Source: a virus
Reading direction: 5' to 3' (one strand)
Length of the DNA: 64,000 nucleotides
Virus record (IMG/VR): IMGVR_UViG_3300049846_000430
Span: 32,001 to 96,000 of that record
Shown: positions 38,601 through 46,188 of the stretch, one piece after another
How the letters are laid out: every line of letters begins with the position of its first letter
Position numbering within the stretch: position 1 is the first letter of the stretch
The notes under the pieces: generated by a model
The model's input: only the letters and a program-made list of their open reading frames with translations
The model's database searches: none
What the model was told of the DNA's origin: nothing
Position numbers and translations under genes: made by a program

Positions 38601-39291
38601 AAGGTTTGGAAGAGAATACTTTGACGAAAACTTAGGATGGATGGAAGGAAGATACAAGTCCTTCTGGCAGTTCATGGGTTACTTCTTTAGAAATCTTGAT
38701 AAAGTAGAAATGACCGGTAAAATCATTGGTCCTAAAATGAAGGAAGGTTTTCTTAAAGATTATGGTTATAAAGGAGACGGTTCTCAGGATGATGCAAAAG
38801 CTGAGAACAAACTTTATAATATGTACAGAACTCTTGGTGAATTAGGTATTATCATTTCAATTATGGTGGTAAGAGAAATACTTGGAGGAATGTTATCAGG
38901 TGATGATGATGATAATGAAACTATAAAAAGACTTGAAAATGCTATTCTATTCCAGGCAGACAGATCTGTAAAAGAAATGAAGACTTTTATACCTGTTATT
39001 GGATTTACAGATATGTATCAAATGGCAAAAAGTCCTGTTGCTTCAACAAGAACTCTTGCGGAATGGGGACAAGCACTTGGTAGTACTATGCTTACCGGAT
39101 ATAATGGTGTAAAGTATATGGCAACAGATAATCCAGAGTACTGGGAAGGTAATAAAGATATTGTTTACCAAAGAAAACCAGATAAAGGAAATCTTAAGAT
39201 GGCAAAAGAATGGAAAGATGCTATTCCAATTTTGTATACCTTTCAGAGATGGGCTAGCTATGATACTGTATCAGACTTCTACATCAAATAA
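32617..39291 (+). CDS. Giant polyvalent virion protein with degenerate zincin, ART-like (YHGT) and PD-(D/E)xK nuclease domains
   Basis: 2224 aa. TAIEEVLHPF (~33292); DIVYHGT...AAYFTD...VFEPEQI (~34243-34590); SVTT...AGTADLV...ILDLKTS...QVNLY (~34990-35480); long helical C-terminal region. Confidence 0.75.
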   Translation: MAARCHNRATPEYKALLQEFKTNIATDNVITSWQDLNNTNEFPTVSQAQEFLKQYKTSESLRKREFAEALLSNLSRLGYAKAGKNGYYVTNSNQPGGIFDENVLNSNRNKIINYLMMNNIPVDSVSFSDTTKGETYFISIDDASLSQRDILPKRRGFDEPKTVKILNHLNNLFPELNIQIATIQEARNYYDSLDPAMKANVKFEDVKSFYVRGKVYLVRGRVTDNTAIEEVLHPFVDALFIQNRALFDNLLKEARTNFPELNREINRVYSEMNGFTQEERDLELVTQSLTRHFADEYEKAPTKTFMDRIREFLEWFKTVINDFHKYLTGVTIRRADQIVSATTPIKPGVAELFESNPKLATSVYEALGFTEKKYADKLKGIAQRRSLATKEDLEKSQLIKDLVVNESQPNELKPNKSDKNLAAIMLYGERYDDLSDTRTSEEDFENSSDYKKSQSELLAYRILNNLMFDVEELAYYEDIIKQYPEYASTLSTNENPVKDFFENDIFEQAEKEKFEITSKQKQQAQQLYSQYLDTIFPDSKVKDIVYHGTNSKFDKFVIPERTFSEYDDELKKMVQLKGKGAAYFTDKKSLAEQSGKSKKAENVLSAVINLKNPKETTSQVGVDDNIINLRKSFDGYVYTNIKANYIVQAVFEPEQIHILGNQEDIEGFKEFASKEIQVTPTLAVGEIKPIAKLTDIAKLLNTSMFKFDLQTEDSLRVRYALSDRKQKLVDKALDSSNEVQKNVINRLFGIARTRDESIDSLSANIYSPYEDSSIVVLNKADHTYIDITTGDIYTSVTTAIKGKLKNEEDVQLNVTLGNDFDFIMDGIVSNMTLKDILESGEIKILNEEQVERAFNDLQEKIQDLRSDGSVAISQVVLFDQATKIAGTADLVLITPQGKLKILDLKTSKSWYATMREEYDKEWNLDDDSVLKSRGIADKLSTRQQHNLQVNLYRRMAENMGYDVATDEYATSTYHIHVDITGKGKEQKFEGTFEVDGWVPHPPSQNSVYVDKLIPVDYMNRDPEMTAARLGLDSPEDFDPDNFLDPEEQLPEDLTDENDYTEFNTIFNALNQYKTGLLNRRQAIERIKSGIFMDRRTEQIIENIDNTVGAIMVAMSEGGALVSSTYTDLLRDAIKEVDQFTEYMLDPLNFDKNEYINYALNFDRFLVTFNGLTEIQKSDAVNATQAKLLLTLETKLRSLGGTKTKTGIIDAAIMNYVKETVRNTSSRNFTEAELDELMRTAKDIGILDLGTRDLATSTDTLLAIMDKIYKAKKQELYDKIDARNEEIINAANKLLKLSPTSNRNEIYDFMLEFDDQGGFTGRYVKALGKQYYDKIDKLRAELFDEEGNWKEYREIDDLRTAKKEDIDYNKALYKAKQAYTDFWRAETIGTNDNPIDGEYHGYTSEFKEARAKHEVFVAEGKHGYWVRKRGISDKAYLNYKLKYFDTFETKFAVKKDGVFTGKVTDGTIQVPKVKYRFAREISSKGEDMRNAKYTAIMNPTDALGEARKEFYEVYVKNFENDLLNKLPTGVRDQMLGRVPLVQSNLVNSLKEKGNLFTKLWSKTTRSVRNLTTETSHMRRVVVDETGQFVDTLPIFYVGNTRDDQALEILEAKLDQLNKERKMGAVNAIEYKKQSMELNGKITDIKNKPATNEISRDMGDSLLKFSAMAEHYETMGAIEDTMNAFLYVIENRQYESAEDNVTRIARYGKENIKVFQKKGSTEANVITRAKKFMSMVYYDSDEITKGKWDKISDFIINTSSMTYVAFNPFGNINNYVMGRLNNNIELLGQRFFTAKSGLRATQEFNKRALPDVAKRFGMHGYKLGMGGQYDPTKPMSKYEGFVDMFRMMDTKSDIRETRGSTAQKSWFESFFIEKLGYGLQDAAEYNVQTKVGMAMVMDTILKNKTTGETLSLYDAAEFDSVTHKLKFKDGFDTIVKKNGVEVAFDDKFRYDLRNRIREVNKQIHGNYAREDRMVIQANALGRLAAQFHKWVAPAIRARFGREYFDENLGWMEGRYKSFWQFMGYFFRNLDKVEMTGKIIGPKMKEGFLKDYGYKGDGSQDDAKAENKLYNMYRTLGELGIIISIMVVREILGGMLSGDDDDNETIKRLENAILFQADRSVKEMKTFIPVIGFTDMYQMAKSPVASTRTLAEWGQALGSTMLTGYNGVKYMATDNPEYWEGNKDIVYQRKPDKGNLKMAKEWKDAIPILYTFQRWASYDTVSDFYIK

Positions 39292-39311
39292 TTTGTATTT
39301 TTAAAAAACAC

Positions 39312-39327
39312 TTTGTATATTAATACT
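39312..39327 (+). promoter_or_regulatory. Putative promoter/leader motif TTTGTATATTA before the basic-protein cluster
   Basis: Identical 11-mer to 7265-7275, followed by ATACTATG. Confidence 0.4.
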
Positions 39328-39639
39328 ATGACCATACTAAAAAAAATAATCAACTGGCTTCTTGGTAAAACCAACATTGATGAAAAAGTCCTTGAAGCAA
39401 AAGAAACAGTAACTGGAAAAGTTGCTGATGCAAAAGTGTACATCAAGAATGTAGAGAAAGAAGTTGTTGATGTAGTAGATGCTGTAGCAGGTAAGAAACA
39501 AAAGCCGGAGGTAGTTCCTGCCAAACCTGTTGTTGAAGAAACAAAAGCATTTGAAACACCTATTGCTAAACCAAAACCCAAGAAGAAGTATTACAAAAAA
39601 AAGAATGCTTCTAAGACCACCAAGACTACTAAAAAATAA
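39328..39639 (+). CDS. Small protein with Lys-rich C-terminus
   Basis: ATG at 39328 (MTILKKIINWLLG..., amphipathic N-terminus); tail KPKPKKKYYKKK. Confidence 0.7.
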   Translation: MTILKKIINWLLGKTNIDEKVLEAKETVTGKVADAKVYIKNVEKEVVDVVDAVAGKKQKPEVVPAKPVVEETKAFETPIAKPKPKKKYYKKKNASKTTKTTKK

Positions 39640-39644
39640 AAATA

Positions 39645-39842
39645 ATGGCTGAGAAAAAATGGATTCAGAAGGCTATTAAGAAGCCTGGTTCATTGACAGC
39701 TACCGCAAAAAAAGCTGGTGCTGTTACTAAAAGTGGCACAATCAAAAAAGATTGGCTTGAGTCAAAGGCTAAAGAAGGTGGTAAGACTGGTCAAAGAGCC
39801 AGACTTGCTATCACTCTTGGTAAAATGAGTAAGAAAAAGTAA
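39645..39842 (+). CDS. Small basic protein (WIQKAIKKPG type)
   Basis: 65 aa, very Lys-rich; TAATG-coupled to the next ORF. Confidence 0.75.
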   Translation: MAEKKWIQKAIKKPGSLTATAKKAGAVTKSGTIKKDWLESKAKEGGKTGQRARLAITLGKMSKKK

Positions 39843-39985
39843 TGGCAAAGGCAAAAGCATCTAAAGAAGTCACTAAGTGGAAACCTAAAGCAAAGGTTAA
39901 GAGACCTGGTGTTGTTTCTAAAAAGAAAAATAGTAGTCTCAAGACTAGTAAGAATTATGTAAAACCTTATAGAGGACAAGGATAA
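39842..39985 (+). CDS. Small basic protein, 47 aa (absent from the ORF track), ending in YRGQG
   Basis: MAKAKASKEVTKWKPKAKVKRPGVVSKKKNSSLKTSKNYVKPYRGQG*; TAATG overlaps at both ends. Confidence 0.75.
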   Translation: MAKAKASKEVTKWKPKAKVKRPGVVSKKKNSSLKTSKNYVKPYRGQG

Positions 39986-40428
39986 TGAAAAAGCCTGTAA
40001 AAAAACTCACCAAAAAACAAGGTGGTGGACCACAGGATAACACAAGAGAATACTATCCTGCTGGATCAATGCCTATAAGTACGGCTGATAATATTTCTAG
40101 AAGAGACAGATTTAGAAATCAGGTTAGTGCTGGTGCATATGATTTTATAAGCCAAACACCAGGACGTGAAGGAACCAGGAATGAAAGAAATACTGCCATA
40201 GATATTGTTAATGCTGGCCGTAAAGAAAGTGGTATGGGACGTGCTGGAAGAATAAAAACAGCTGCAAATTATCTTGAGCTTGATAAACCAGCAGTTAGAA
40301 CCATGCTTAAAACTGCTCCTGCTAAATCAAGAATACCTTCAAATCAAAGTCCTTTTTGGGGAGGAAAATGCCCAATGCCAGAACAGAAAAAAGGCGGAGA
40401 AACTAAAACTTCAAAAAAGAAAAAATAA
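39985..40428 (+). CDS. Basic protein with a GG-motif-bounded core
   Basis: 147 aa: KKLTKKQGGG-[core]-QKKGGETKTSKKKK. Confidence 0.75.
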   Translation: MKKPVKKLTKKQGGGPQDNTREYYPAGSMPISTADNISRRDRFRNQVSAGAYDFISQTPGREGTRNERNTAIDIVNAGRKESGMGRAGRIKTAANYLELDKPAVRTMLKTAPAKSRIPSNQSPFWGGKCPMPEQKKGGETKTSKKKK

Positions 40429-40429
40429 T

Positions 40430-41059
40430 ATGAAAAGTCTTAAGAAAAAAACACTTGTAAAGAAGGCAAGTGGTGGTCCAATGGGTGAAAAAAAACCTGC
40501 TCTTAACAAAGTAACTCCTGCTCAAAGTAAAGTTACAGGAGCAAAAGTTGGTGAGTCTTATAGAACAGCACCAATTAAAGGTGATGCTATTAATGCTCCA
40601 ATCCGTCAGAAATTATCTGATTATGCTACACGTGGTCCTGAACCTAAAGAGTATACCAAATATCAAGAGCTTACAAGAGCTGCATCTAAACCCGCTATGA
40701 AAAGAGGTGGTTCTATACCTAAGAAACAAGATGGTGGTTCTATTGGTAAAACTACAGAATCTCAAGTATTTAGACCAAATATGCAACCTCCAGGTGGATT
40801 TAAACCCACACCTGTTCCTAGAAAAGTAAGAAAACAGATGGAAAGATATGAAGATGCTGTGTCTAAAGAAAGAATAAACCCCAGCCCTCTATTAAAAGAA
40901 CCTTCTCCAAAAATAAAACCCAGCCCTCTTAAAGAAGACAAAAAACTTTATCAGGATTTAAAAGTTACACCCATGAAGAAAGGTGGTTCAATGTCTAAAA
41001 TGACAATGATGAAAAAGGGTGGTGCTATGAAAGTTTCAACTATCAAAAAAAAGAAATAA
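40430..41059 (+). CDS. Basic protein with multiple MKxGG/KQDGG motifs
   Basis: The likely start is ATG 40430 (MKSLKKK), just after the upstream stop. Motifs: KASGG, MKRGG, KQDGG, MKKGG x2. Confidence 0.75.
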   Translation: MKSLKKKTLVKKASGGPMGEKKPALNKVTPAQSKVTGAKVGESYRTAPIKGDAINAPIRQKLSDYATRGPEPKEYTKYQELTRAASKPAMKRGGSIPKKQDGGSIGKTTESQVFRPNMQPPGGFKPTPVPRKVRKQMERYEDAVSKERINPSPLLKEPSPKIKPSPLKEDKKLYQDLKVTPMKKGGSMSKMTMMKKGGAMKVSTIKKKK

Positions 41060-41060
41060 T

Positions 41061-41678
41061 ATGAAAAAGTACAAAAAAGGAAGTGAACTGAAACCAGTTC
41101 CTTCAGACAGACCCGGACTTGGTAAACTTCCAAGCAAAGTACGTAATGCCATGGGTTACATGAAATCTGGTGGCTCCATGATTAAGAAACAGGATGGTGG
41201 CCCTATACCATCAAAAATAGATGTTACTAAAAAAGATATAAGGCGGATGGAGAGAGCAATTAACAGACAAAATCCTGATATGTACAATAAAACAAGTAAA
41301 CCTACAGGTATGATTTATGATTCTAATGAGAAGCCGACTTTCCCAAAGATTGAGGAATTAAGAAAAACTACTCCAAAAGATTCAACAGTAAAGACAACAC
41401 CTATTTATAATAAAAAAAGAGGTGGTTCTATAGGAAATGCAATGTCAGCTGTAAAGAAAGGCTTTGATCAAGCAGGAGCAATGATAACCTCTAAGAAAGC
41501 ATATGGTGGTTCTATGGTTAATAAACCCGCAAATAAAATGCTTATCAAAGCAATGCAAGCTGGTGGACCCATGGATATGGTTGATGTAGTTGCCATGAAA
41601 AAAGGTGGTTGCATGAAGTGTGGCGGATCCATGAAGAAGATGGGTGGAGCTGTCATCAACACAAAAATGAAGAAGTAA
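41061..41678 (+). CDS. Basic Met/Lys-rich protein with eight xxxGG motifs
   Basis: 205 aa: MKSGG, KQDGG, KKRGG, KAYGG, MQAGG, MKKGG, MKCGG, KKMGG. Confidence 0.75.
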   Translation: MKKYKKGSELKPVPSDRPGLGKLPSKVRNAMGYMKSGGSMIKKQDGGPIPSKIDVTKKDIRRMERAINRQNPDMYNKTSKPTGMIYDSNEKPTFPKIEELRKTTPKDSTVKTTPIYNKKRGGSIGNAMSAVKKGFDQAGAMITSKKAYGGSMVNKPANKMLIKAMQAGGPMDMVDVVAMKKGGCMKCGGSMKKMGGAVINTKMKK

Positions 41679-41684
41679 GTAACT

Positions 41685-41720
41685 AGCAGGTAGGTATAAA
41701 AGCCTACCTGCTTTTTATTT
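41685..41720 (+). terminator. Rho-independent terminator
   Basis: Stem AGCAGGTAGG / CCTACCTGCT followed by TTTTATTT. Confidence 0.8.
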
Positions 41721-41753
41721 ATAAAAGTTATGAGGACTTATCAATAAAAAATC

Positions 41754-41939
41754 ATGGCAACTAAATCAAAAGTAAACCAAGCGGGTGTTTATACTAAACC
41801 CGGAATGAGAAAGACTTTGTTCAATAAGATCAAAGCAGGTAGTAAAGGTGGTGACCCAGGTGAGTGGTCAGCCCGCAAGGCACAAATGCTTGCAAGAGAA
41901 TACAAAGCCAAAGGTGGTGGCTATAAAACTAAAAAATGA
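41754..41939 (+). CDS. Small basic protein (resembles the N-terminal half of the DUF5872 family)
   Basis: YTKPGMR...IKAGSKGGDPGEWSARKAQMLAREYKAKGGGY. Confidence 0.65.
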   Translation: MATKSKVNQAGVYTKPGMRKTLFNKIKAGSKGGDPGEWSARKAQMLAREYKAKGGGYKTKK

Positions 41940-41940
41940 T

Positions 41941-42240
41941 ATGGCAATCAAGAAAAAAATTACTAAAAAACCTTTAGTTAAAGCACAAAAAGGAAAAGAA
42001 ATAAAACCTGATTATAGTAATATAAAAGGTAAAGGTTGGGATTATTTTAAAACTCCTACAGCAAAAGATAGTGCAGATTATAGACAAGGTTTCTATAAAA
42101 AAGTTAAAGGTGAACAGCTTAAACAATTTCCAAGTCCATCAGGAGCTGAAATAAGAGGATACAATGAAGCAACAAAAAGAAAGTTAAAGACTGGCGGAGC
42201 TATTAAAACTAAAGCTCTTGTTTACAAAACTAAAAAGTAA
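41941..42240 (+). CDS. Basic protein with a motif-bounded core
   Basis: Likely start ATG 41941: MAIKKKITKKPLVKAQKG-[core]-LKTGG-[basic tail]. Confidence 0.7.
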   Translation: MAIKKKITKKPLVKAQKGKEIKPDYSNIKGKGWDYFKTPTAKDSADYRQGFYKKVKGEQLKQFPSPSGAEIRGYNEATKRKLKTGGAIKTKALVYKTKK

Positions 42241-42383
42241 TGGCAAAGAATAAAAAACAACAAGCTGCAATTGCTGTCTCTATGAAAGAGAAAGGCAAAG
42301 TTCCTAAGGGTTATCACAGAATGCCTGATGGAAAGATCATGAAAGATTCTGCACACAAAACCCCAGCCAAGAAAAAGAAATAA
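42240..42383 (+). CDS. Small basic protein, 47 aa (absent from the ORF track)
   Basis: MAKNKKQQAAIAVSMKEKGKVPKGYHRMPDGKIMKDSAHKTPAKKKK*; TAATG coupling at both ends. Confidence 0.7.
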   Translation: MAKNKKQQAAIAVSMKEKGKVPKGYHRMPDGKIMKDSAHKTPAKKKK

Positions 42384-42652
42384 TGGTTAAGAAAGATCCA
42401 CAACAAAGTCTTAGAGACTGGACAGCACAGAAGTGGATGACCTCTGGTACCCATGCTAATAAGAAAAAGGGTAGCAGTAAAGAGGTAAAGTCAGAAGGTA
42501 AGAAGAGATACTTACCTGAAGCTGCATGGGGGGCTCTCTCTAAAGGAGAAAAAGCTGCAACCAATAAAGCAAAGGCTTCTGGCAATGCTAAAGGTAAGCA
42601 GTTTGTGAAGCAACCTAAGACAATTGCTAAGAAAGCAAGTAAATACAGATAA
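42383..42652 (+). CDS. Small basic protein (resembles the C-terminal half of the DUF5872 family)
   Basis: QQSLRDWTAQKW...RYLPEAAWGALS...KQFVKQP. Confidence 0.65.
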   Translation: MVKKDPQQSLRDWTAQKWMTSGTHANKKKGSSKEVKSEGKKRYLPEAAWGALSKGEKAATNKAKASGNAKGKQFVKQPKTIAKKASKYR

Positions 42653-42670
42653 AATCTATAAATTTGTACT

Positions 42671-42904
42671 ATGGCAAAACTAAAAATAAATAAAGAAATG
42701 GCTAAGCAGGAACGCCAGTGGCAAGTTGAGGATGCAATGAGAACCCTCAAACGTGCTGAAGAAATCCGCCAAGATGGTAAATTAATGGGTGAAGTTAAGA
42801 AGTCTATGGAGAGTCTTAACAAGATGCTTATGGGTGGTGCTATGAAACCAGCAGCTCCTAAAGTAATGAAACCTGTTGCAAAGAAAATCATGAAGAAGAA
42901 GTAA
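42671..42904 (+). CDS. Small basic helical protein
   Basis: 77 aa: WQVEDAMRTLKRAEEI, Lys-rich tail. Confidence 0.7.
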   Translation: MAKLKINKEMAKQERQWQVEDAMRTLKRAEEIRQDGKLMGEVKKSMESLNKMLMGGAMKPAAPKVMKPVAKKIMKKK

Positions 42905-42905
42905 G

Positions 42906-44234
42906 ATGTCACTAGATCCAAAAAGAAGATTTTACCTGGATGGTTATGGTCAACATCCGGAATGGTACACTTGGCATTATCAAATGCTAGGTAGACTTAT
43001 TGATATTAATAACAGTATCACAGGTCAATCAGGACCATCTTCAACTGCCCAGGATTCTTTTGGAAGGCTTAGAGTTTCTGAGCCTTTCACTCTTTTTGAT
43101 TCTAGTCACAGATATTCTGATAATGGTTTATGGGCTACAGCTACTGCTACTGGCGGTACTGCTGTATTTAACGCTAACCAAGGACTGGTAGATTTAAATG
43201 TAACAGCAGCTTCTGGTTCTTCTGTTAAAAGAGAAACATATAAAGTATTCTCTTACCAGCCTGGCAAGTCTTTACTTGTCATGTCCACTTTTGTTATGAG
43301 TCCTGCAAAAACAGGTCTTACTCAAAAAGTTGGTTATTATGGAGACAGTAATGGCTTTTATCTGCAACAAGAAAATAGCACAATATCTTTTGTTAAAAGA
43401 AGTTTTGTTACAGGTTCAATTGTTGAGACTCCCATTGAACAAGCTAACTGGAACTATGATAAGTTAAATGGTACTGGTCCATCCCGAATTACTCTTGACT
43501 TAACCAAAGCTCAAATCTTATGGATGGATATGGAATGGTTAGGTGTAGGTTCTGTAAGAATGGGATTTGTAATTAATGGACAATTTATTGTTTGTCACAT
43601 CTTTGAACATGCCAATCTAATTACCTCCACTTATATCACCAGTGCGTCTCTTCCATTACGTTATGAGATTGAGAACACCGCTGGTACATCTGGAGCTAGC
43701 ACATTAAAACAGATTTGTTCTACCATACTTTCAGAAGGTGGATATGAACTAAGAGGAGAAGCACATACTGCAGCAACAGCTATTGGAACTCCTTACAACA
43801 TGACAGTTGCTTCAACTTATTATCCAATAGTATCTATAAGATTGAAATCAACTAATTTAGATGGTATAGTTATACCTACAGCAATGTCATGTCTTCCAAT
43901 TAGTACAGGAACTTACGAATGGAGATTAGTTGAAAAGGGAACAACAAGTGGAGGTACTTGGGTATCTGCAGGTATAGATTCAGTAGTTGAATATAACATA
44001 ACTGGTACATCATTTACCGGAGGTAATATAGTGCACACAGGATTTTTTAATGCTTCTAACCAAGGAACAACAACGTCTGGATTAGATAAATCAGGTCTAT
44101 TTGACCATCAATTGCAAAGAGATTCTTTTACATCCACTCGTTATGAGTTTACACTTGTTGTAGCTGCCAACACTATAGGTGGAGGCGGCAGTAATGTTTT
44201 GGGTCATATAGATTGGGATGAAATAAGCCGATGA
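42906..44234 (+). CDS. Beta-rich virion structural protein (possible tail or capsid accessory, ConA-like)
   Basis: 442 aa, S/T/G-rich; DSFGRLRVS...YQPGKS motif common in phage structural proteins (from memory). Confidence 0.55.
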   Translation: MSLDPKRRFYLDGYGQHPEWYTWHYQMLGRLIDINNSITGQSGPSSTAQDSFGRLRVSEPFTLFDSSHRYSDNGLWATATATGGTAVFNANQGLVDLNVTAASGSSVKRETYKVFSYQPGKSLLVMSTFVMSPAKTGLTQKVGYYGDSNGFYLQQENSTISFVKRSFVTGSIVETPIEQANWNYDKLNGTGPSRITLDLTKAQILWMDMEWLGVGSVRMGFVINGQFIVCHIFEHANLITSTYITSASLPLRYEIENTAGTSGASTLKQICSTILSEGGYELRGEAHTAATAIGTPYNMTVASTYYPIVSIRLKSTNLDGIVIPTAMSCLPISTGTYEWRLVEKGTTSGGTWVSAGIDSVVEYNITGTSFTGGNIVHTGFFNASNQGTTTSGLDKSGLFDHQLQRDSFTSTRYEFTLVVAANTIGGGGSNVLGHIDWDEISR

Positions 44235-44677
44235 AAAAACTAATAGCCATACTAGCTTTATCTATTCTTTTTACTTCTTGTATTGTAACCAAGAAGCAAA
44301 GACAAAAGATATGTAATGAATGCCATGTCATTGAACATGATAGTATTTATATAAAGGATACCATTGTCAAAGTTGACAGTGATACAGCCTTTATTGAAAC
44401 TAAACTTGATTGTGATAGTTTAGGAAATGTCAGGATGGTTGAGATCAATCAGCTCAATGGAAAACTGATTTCCATGCAAGCTAAACTCAAAGATAACAGG
44501 CTCAGAATTATCTCCAGAACTGATACCATAAAGGTTTATGTAAAGGGAAATACTCAAATTAAAGTAAGAACCCTGGTAAGAGAGAAGGAAGTTTATAAAG
44601 ACTACTGGTGGAAATGGCCTTTGATTATTTGGGCTTTGATTGCCACAGTGCTTTATTTATTGAAAAAAATTTTGTAA
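44231..44677 (+). CDS. Lipoprotein with a C-terminal TM helix, candidate unimolecular spanin
   Basis: Signal peptide MKKLIAILALSILFTS-C, beta-rich middle, C-terminal WWKWPLIIWALIATVLYLLKKIL. Confidence 0.55.
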   Translation: MKKLIAILALSILFTSCIVTKKQRQKICNECHVIEHDSIYIKDTIVKVDSDTAFIETKLDCDSLGNVRMVEINQLNGKLISMQAKLKDNRLRIISRTDTIKVYVKGNTQIKVRTLVREKEVYKDYWWKWPLIIWALIATVLYLLKKIL

Positions 44678-44686
44678 ATTATAATT

Positions 44687-45088
44687 ATGAAAACTCTAAC
44701 TGAACAAGAGCAAACCAATCTTAATATTATTGCCCAGTCATCCACACCTTATCTTCCTTTTACATTAGTATCTGCAGCAACTGATAATTCAACAGTTGTA
44801 AAAGGAACAATGGGGACTATTGGAAATATAACAGCAATAAATGTTAGTGGTACTATACACTACTTAAAATTTTATAATAAAGATACTGCTCCTAATCCAG
44901 CTTTAGATACTCCAATTGCTGTATATCCAATACCGGCTAGCACAAGCGGTGCAGGATTAACAGTAAACTTTCCTTCAGGACTTAGATTTTCCAAAGGAAT
45001 AAGTTTTGTTATTGTAAAAGGTATAGCCTCAAATAATAACACACCAGCAAATTCTAATGCGGTTGTTGTAACAATAGCTTATAAGTAA
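44687..45088 (+). CDS. Small beta-sandwich structural protein
   Basis: 133 aa, T/N/A/V-rich; HYLKFYNK...YPIPA...GLRFSKGI. Confidence 0.55.
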   Translation: MKTLTEQEQTNLNIIAQSSTPYLPFTLVSAATDNSTVVKGTMGTIGNITAINVSGTIHYLKFYNKDTAPNPALDTPIAVYPIPASTSGAGLTVNFPSGLRFSKGISFVIVKGIASNNNTPANSNAVVVTIAYK

Positions 45089-45951
45089 TGAGTTTAACAC
45101 TACTTGGTGCAGGTGCAGTTATCTCTGCTGGTCCTAGTTATACTGGGGTACTTGATCTGTATCCAGGGGCCGGTGTTGCTTATTCTGTAAGGAGACTAAG
45201 TGGTAGTTATTTAGGTGATGCTATAAGAGTACGTAGATCATCAGATAATAATGAGCAAGATATTGGGTTTCTTTCAAATGGTAATTTAAATGAAGCTCAG
45301 TTAACTTCTTTTGTAGGTGTTGGTGATGGTTTCATAACTAGTTGGTATGATCAATCTGGTAATGGTAACAATGCCAACCAAACCAATGGATTAAATCAAC
45401 CTAAAATTGTAAGTGCTGGTGTTGTTAATAAATTAAATTCTAAGCCTGTAATAACTTTTGATGGTATAAATGACTTCATACCCATTAGTTCAGCTCCGTC
45501 AGTTAGTAATCCAACTTTGTTTTTTGTTGTTAAGCCATTAGGAGATTCACCAGGCTTTGGAAGAAATGGTGGTGTAATTACTATGCATGGTTCTAGCATT
45601 ATTGTTAACAACCATTTTGGTATTACAGGTCCAGATTGGTATGATTCATTTTGTAGTACAAATAGACCCTATATAACTAGTGGTATAACTACACAACAAT
45701 ACCTTGGAACTATGTATCATAGTGGAACAAGTATTGTAGCATCATTGAACGCAGGTGCAGATATAACTGTTAGTGCTACAATAGATACAAATCTTACTAG
45801 GTATGGTATAGGAAACTTCTTAACTGGATACTATAATGTGTTTCCATCTAACAATCAATATCAAGAAGTAATATTATATCCCGATAATCAAACCTCTAAC
45901 ATGTCTGCAATAAAAGCAAACATAAATAGTTATTATACCATTTATCCATGA
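45088..45951 (+). CDS. Concanavalin A/LamG-like lectin domain protein (tail fibre or receptor-binding candidate)
   Basis: AYSVRRL...IRVRRSSDNNEQDIGF...WYDQSGNGNNA...FDGINDF...EVILY pattern. Confidence 0.7.
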   Translation: MSLTLLGAGAVISAGPSYTGVLDLYPGAGVAYSVRRLSGSYLGDAIRVRRSSDNNEQDIGFLSNGNLNEAQLTSFVGVGDGFITSWYDQSGNGNNANQTNGLNQPKIVSAGVVNKLNSKPVITFDGINDFIPISSAPSVSNPTLFFVVKPLGDSPGFGRNGGVITMHGSSIIVNNHFGITGPDWYDSFCSTNRPYITSGITTQQYLGTMYHSGTSIVASLNAGADITVSATIDTNLTRYGIGNFLTGYYNVFPSNNQYQEVILYPDNQTSNMSAIKANINSYYTIYP

Positions 45952-46187
45952 TAATAAAAGGCTATAAATTTTTGACAGAGCAAGAAGCAATTGATGCAAG
46001 AGAGTCTTGTGATAAGTATTATGGTATACCAGTAACTCCACAAGATGTTACTCAGAATTGGGTAGAATATTACTCTACATACTTTGATGATCCGGTATTT
46101 TGGTATATGATGGGAGATGATTCCCTTATACCAATATTAGGTGAGCCATATGAGTTTGAAGTTACGTTTCCAATTGATCCTATATAA
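45948..46187 (+). CDS. Small acidic protein, probably a partner of the lectin/tail protein
   Basis: 79 aa; ATGA overlap with the upstream gene. Confidence 0.6.
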   Translation: MIIKGYKFLTEQEAIDARESCDKYYGIPVTPQDVTQNWVEYYSTYFDDPVFWYMMGDDSLIPILGEPYEFEVTFPIDPI

Positions 46188-46188
46188 T

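Noticed and set aside
13738-39291. GG dipeptides in the three giant proteins (e.g. KADGG, MRSGG, AKGG) as members of the cargo motif
   Set aside because: They are sparse relative to protein length, lack the doubled form and are not clearly at domain borders, so they are likely background. A statistical scan should confirm this.
40274-40429. Longer upstream starts given in the ORF track (40274, 41848, 46141, 46479, 39313, 52171, 50779, 50522)
   Set aside because: They use non-ATG starts or overlap neighbouring genes or regulatory elements. Downstream ATGs adjacent to the previous stop fit the operon packing better.
40873-40936. Short duplication INPSPLLKE / IKPSPLKE
   Set aside because: A two-copy low-complexity duplication with no evident function.
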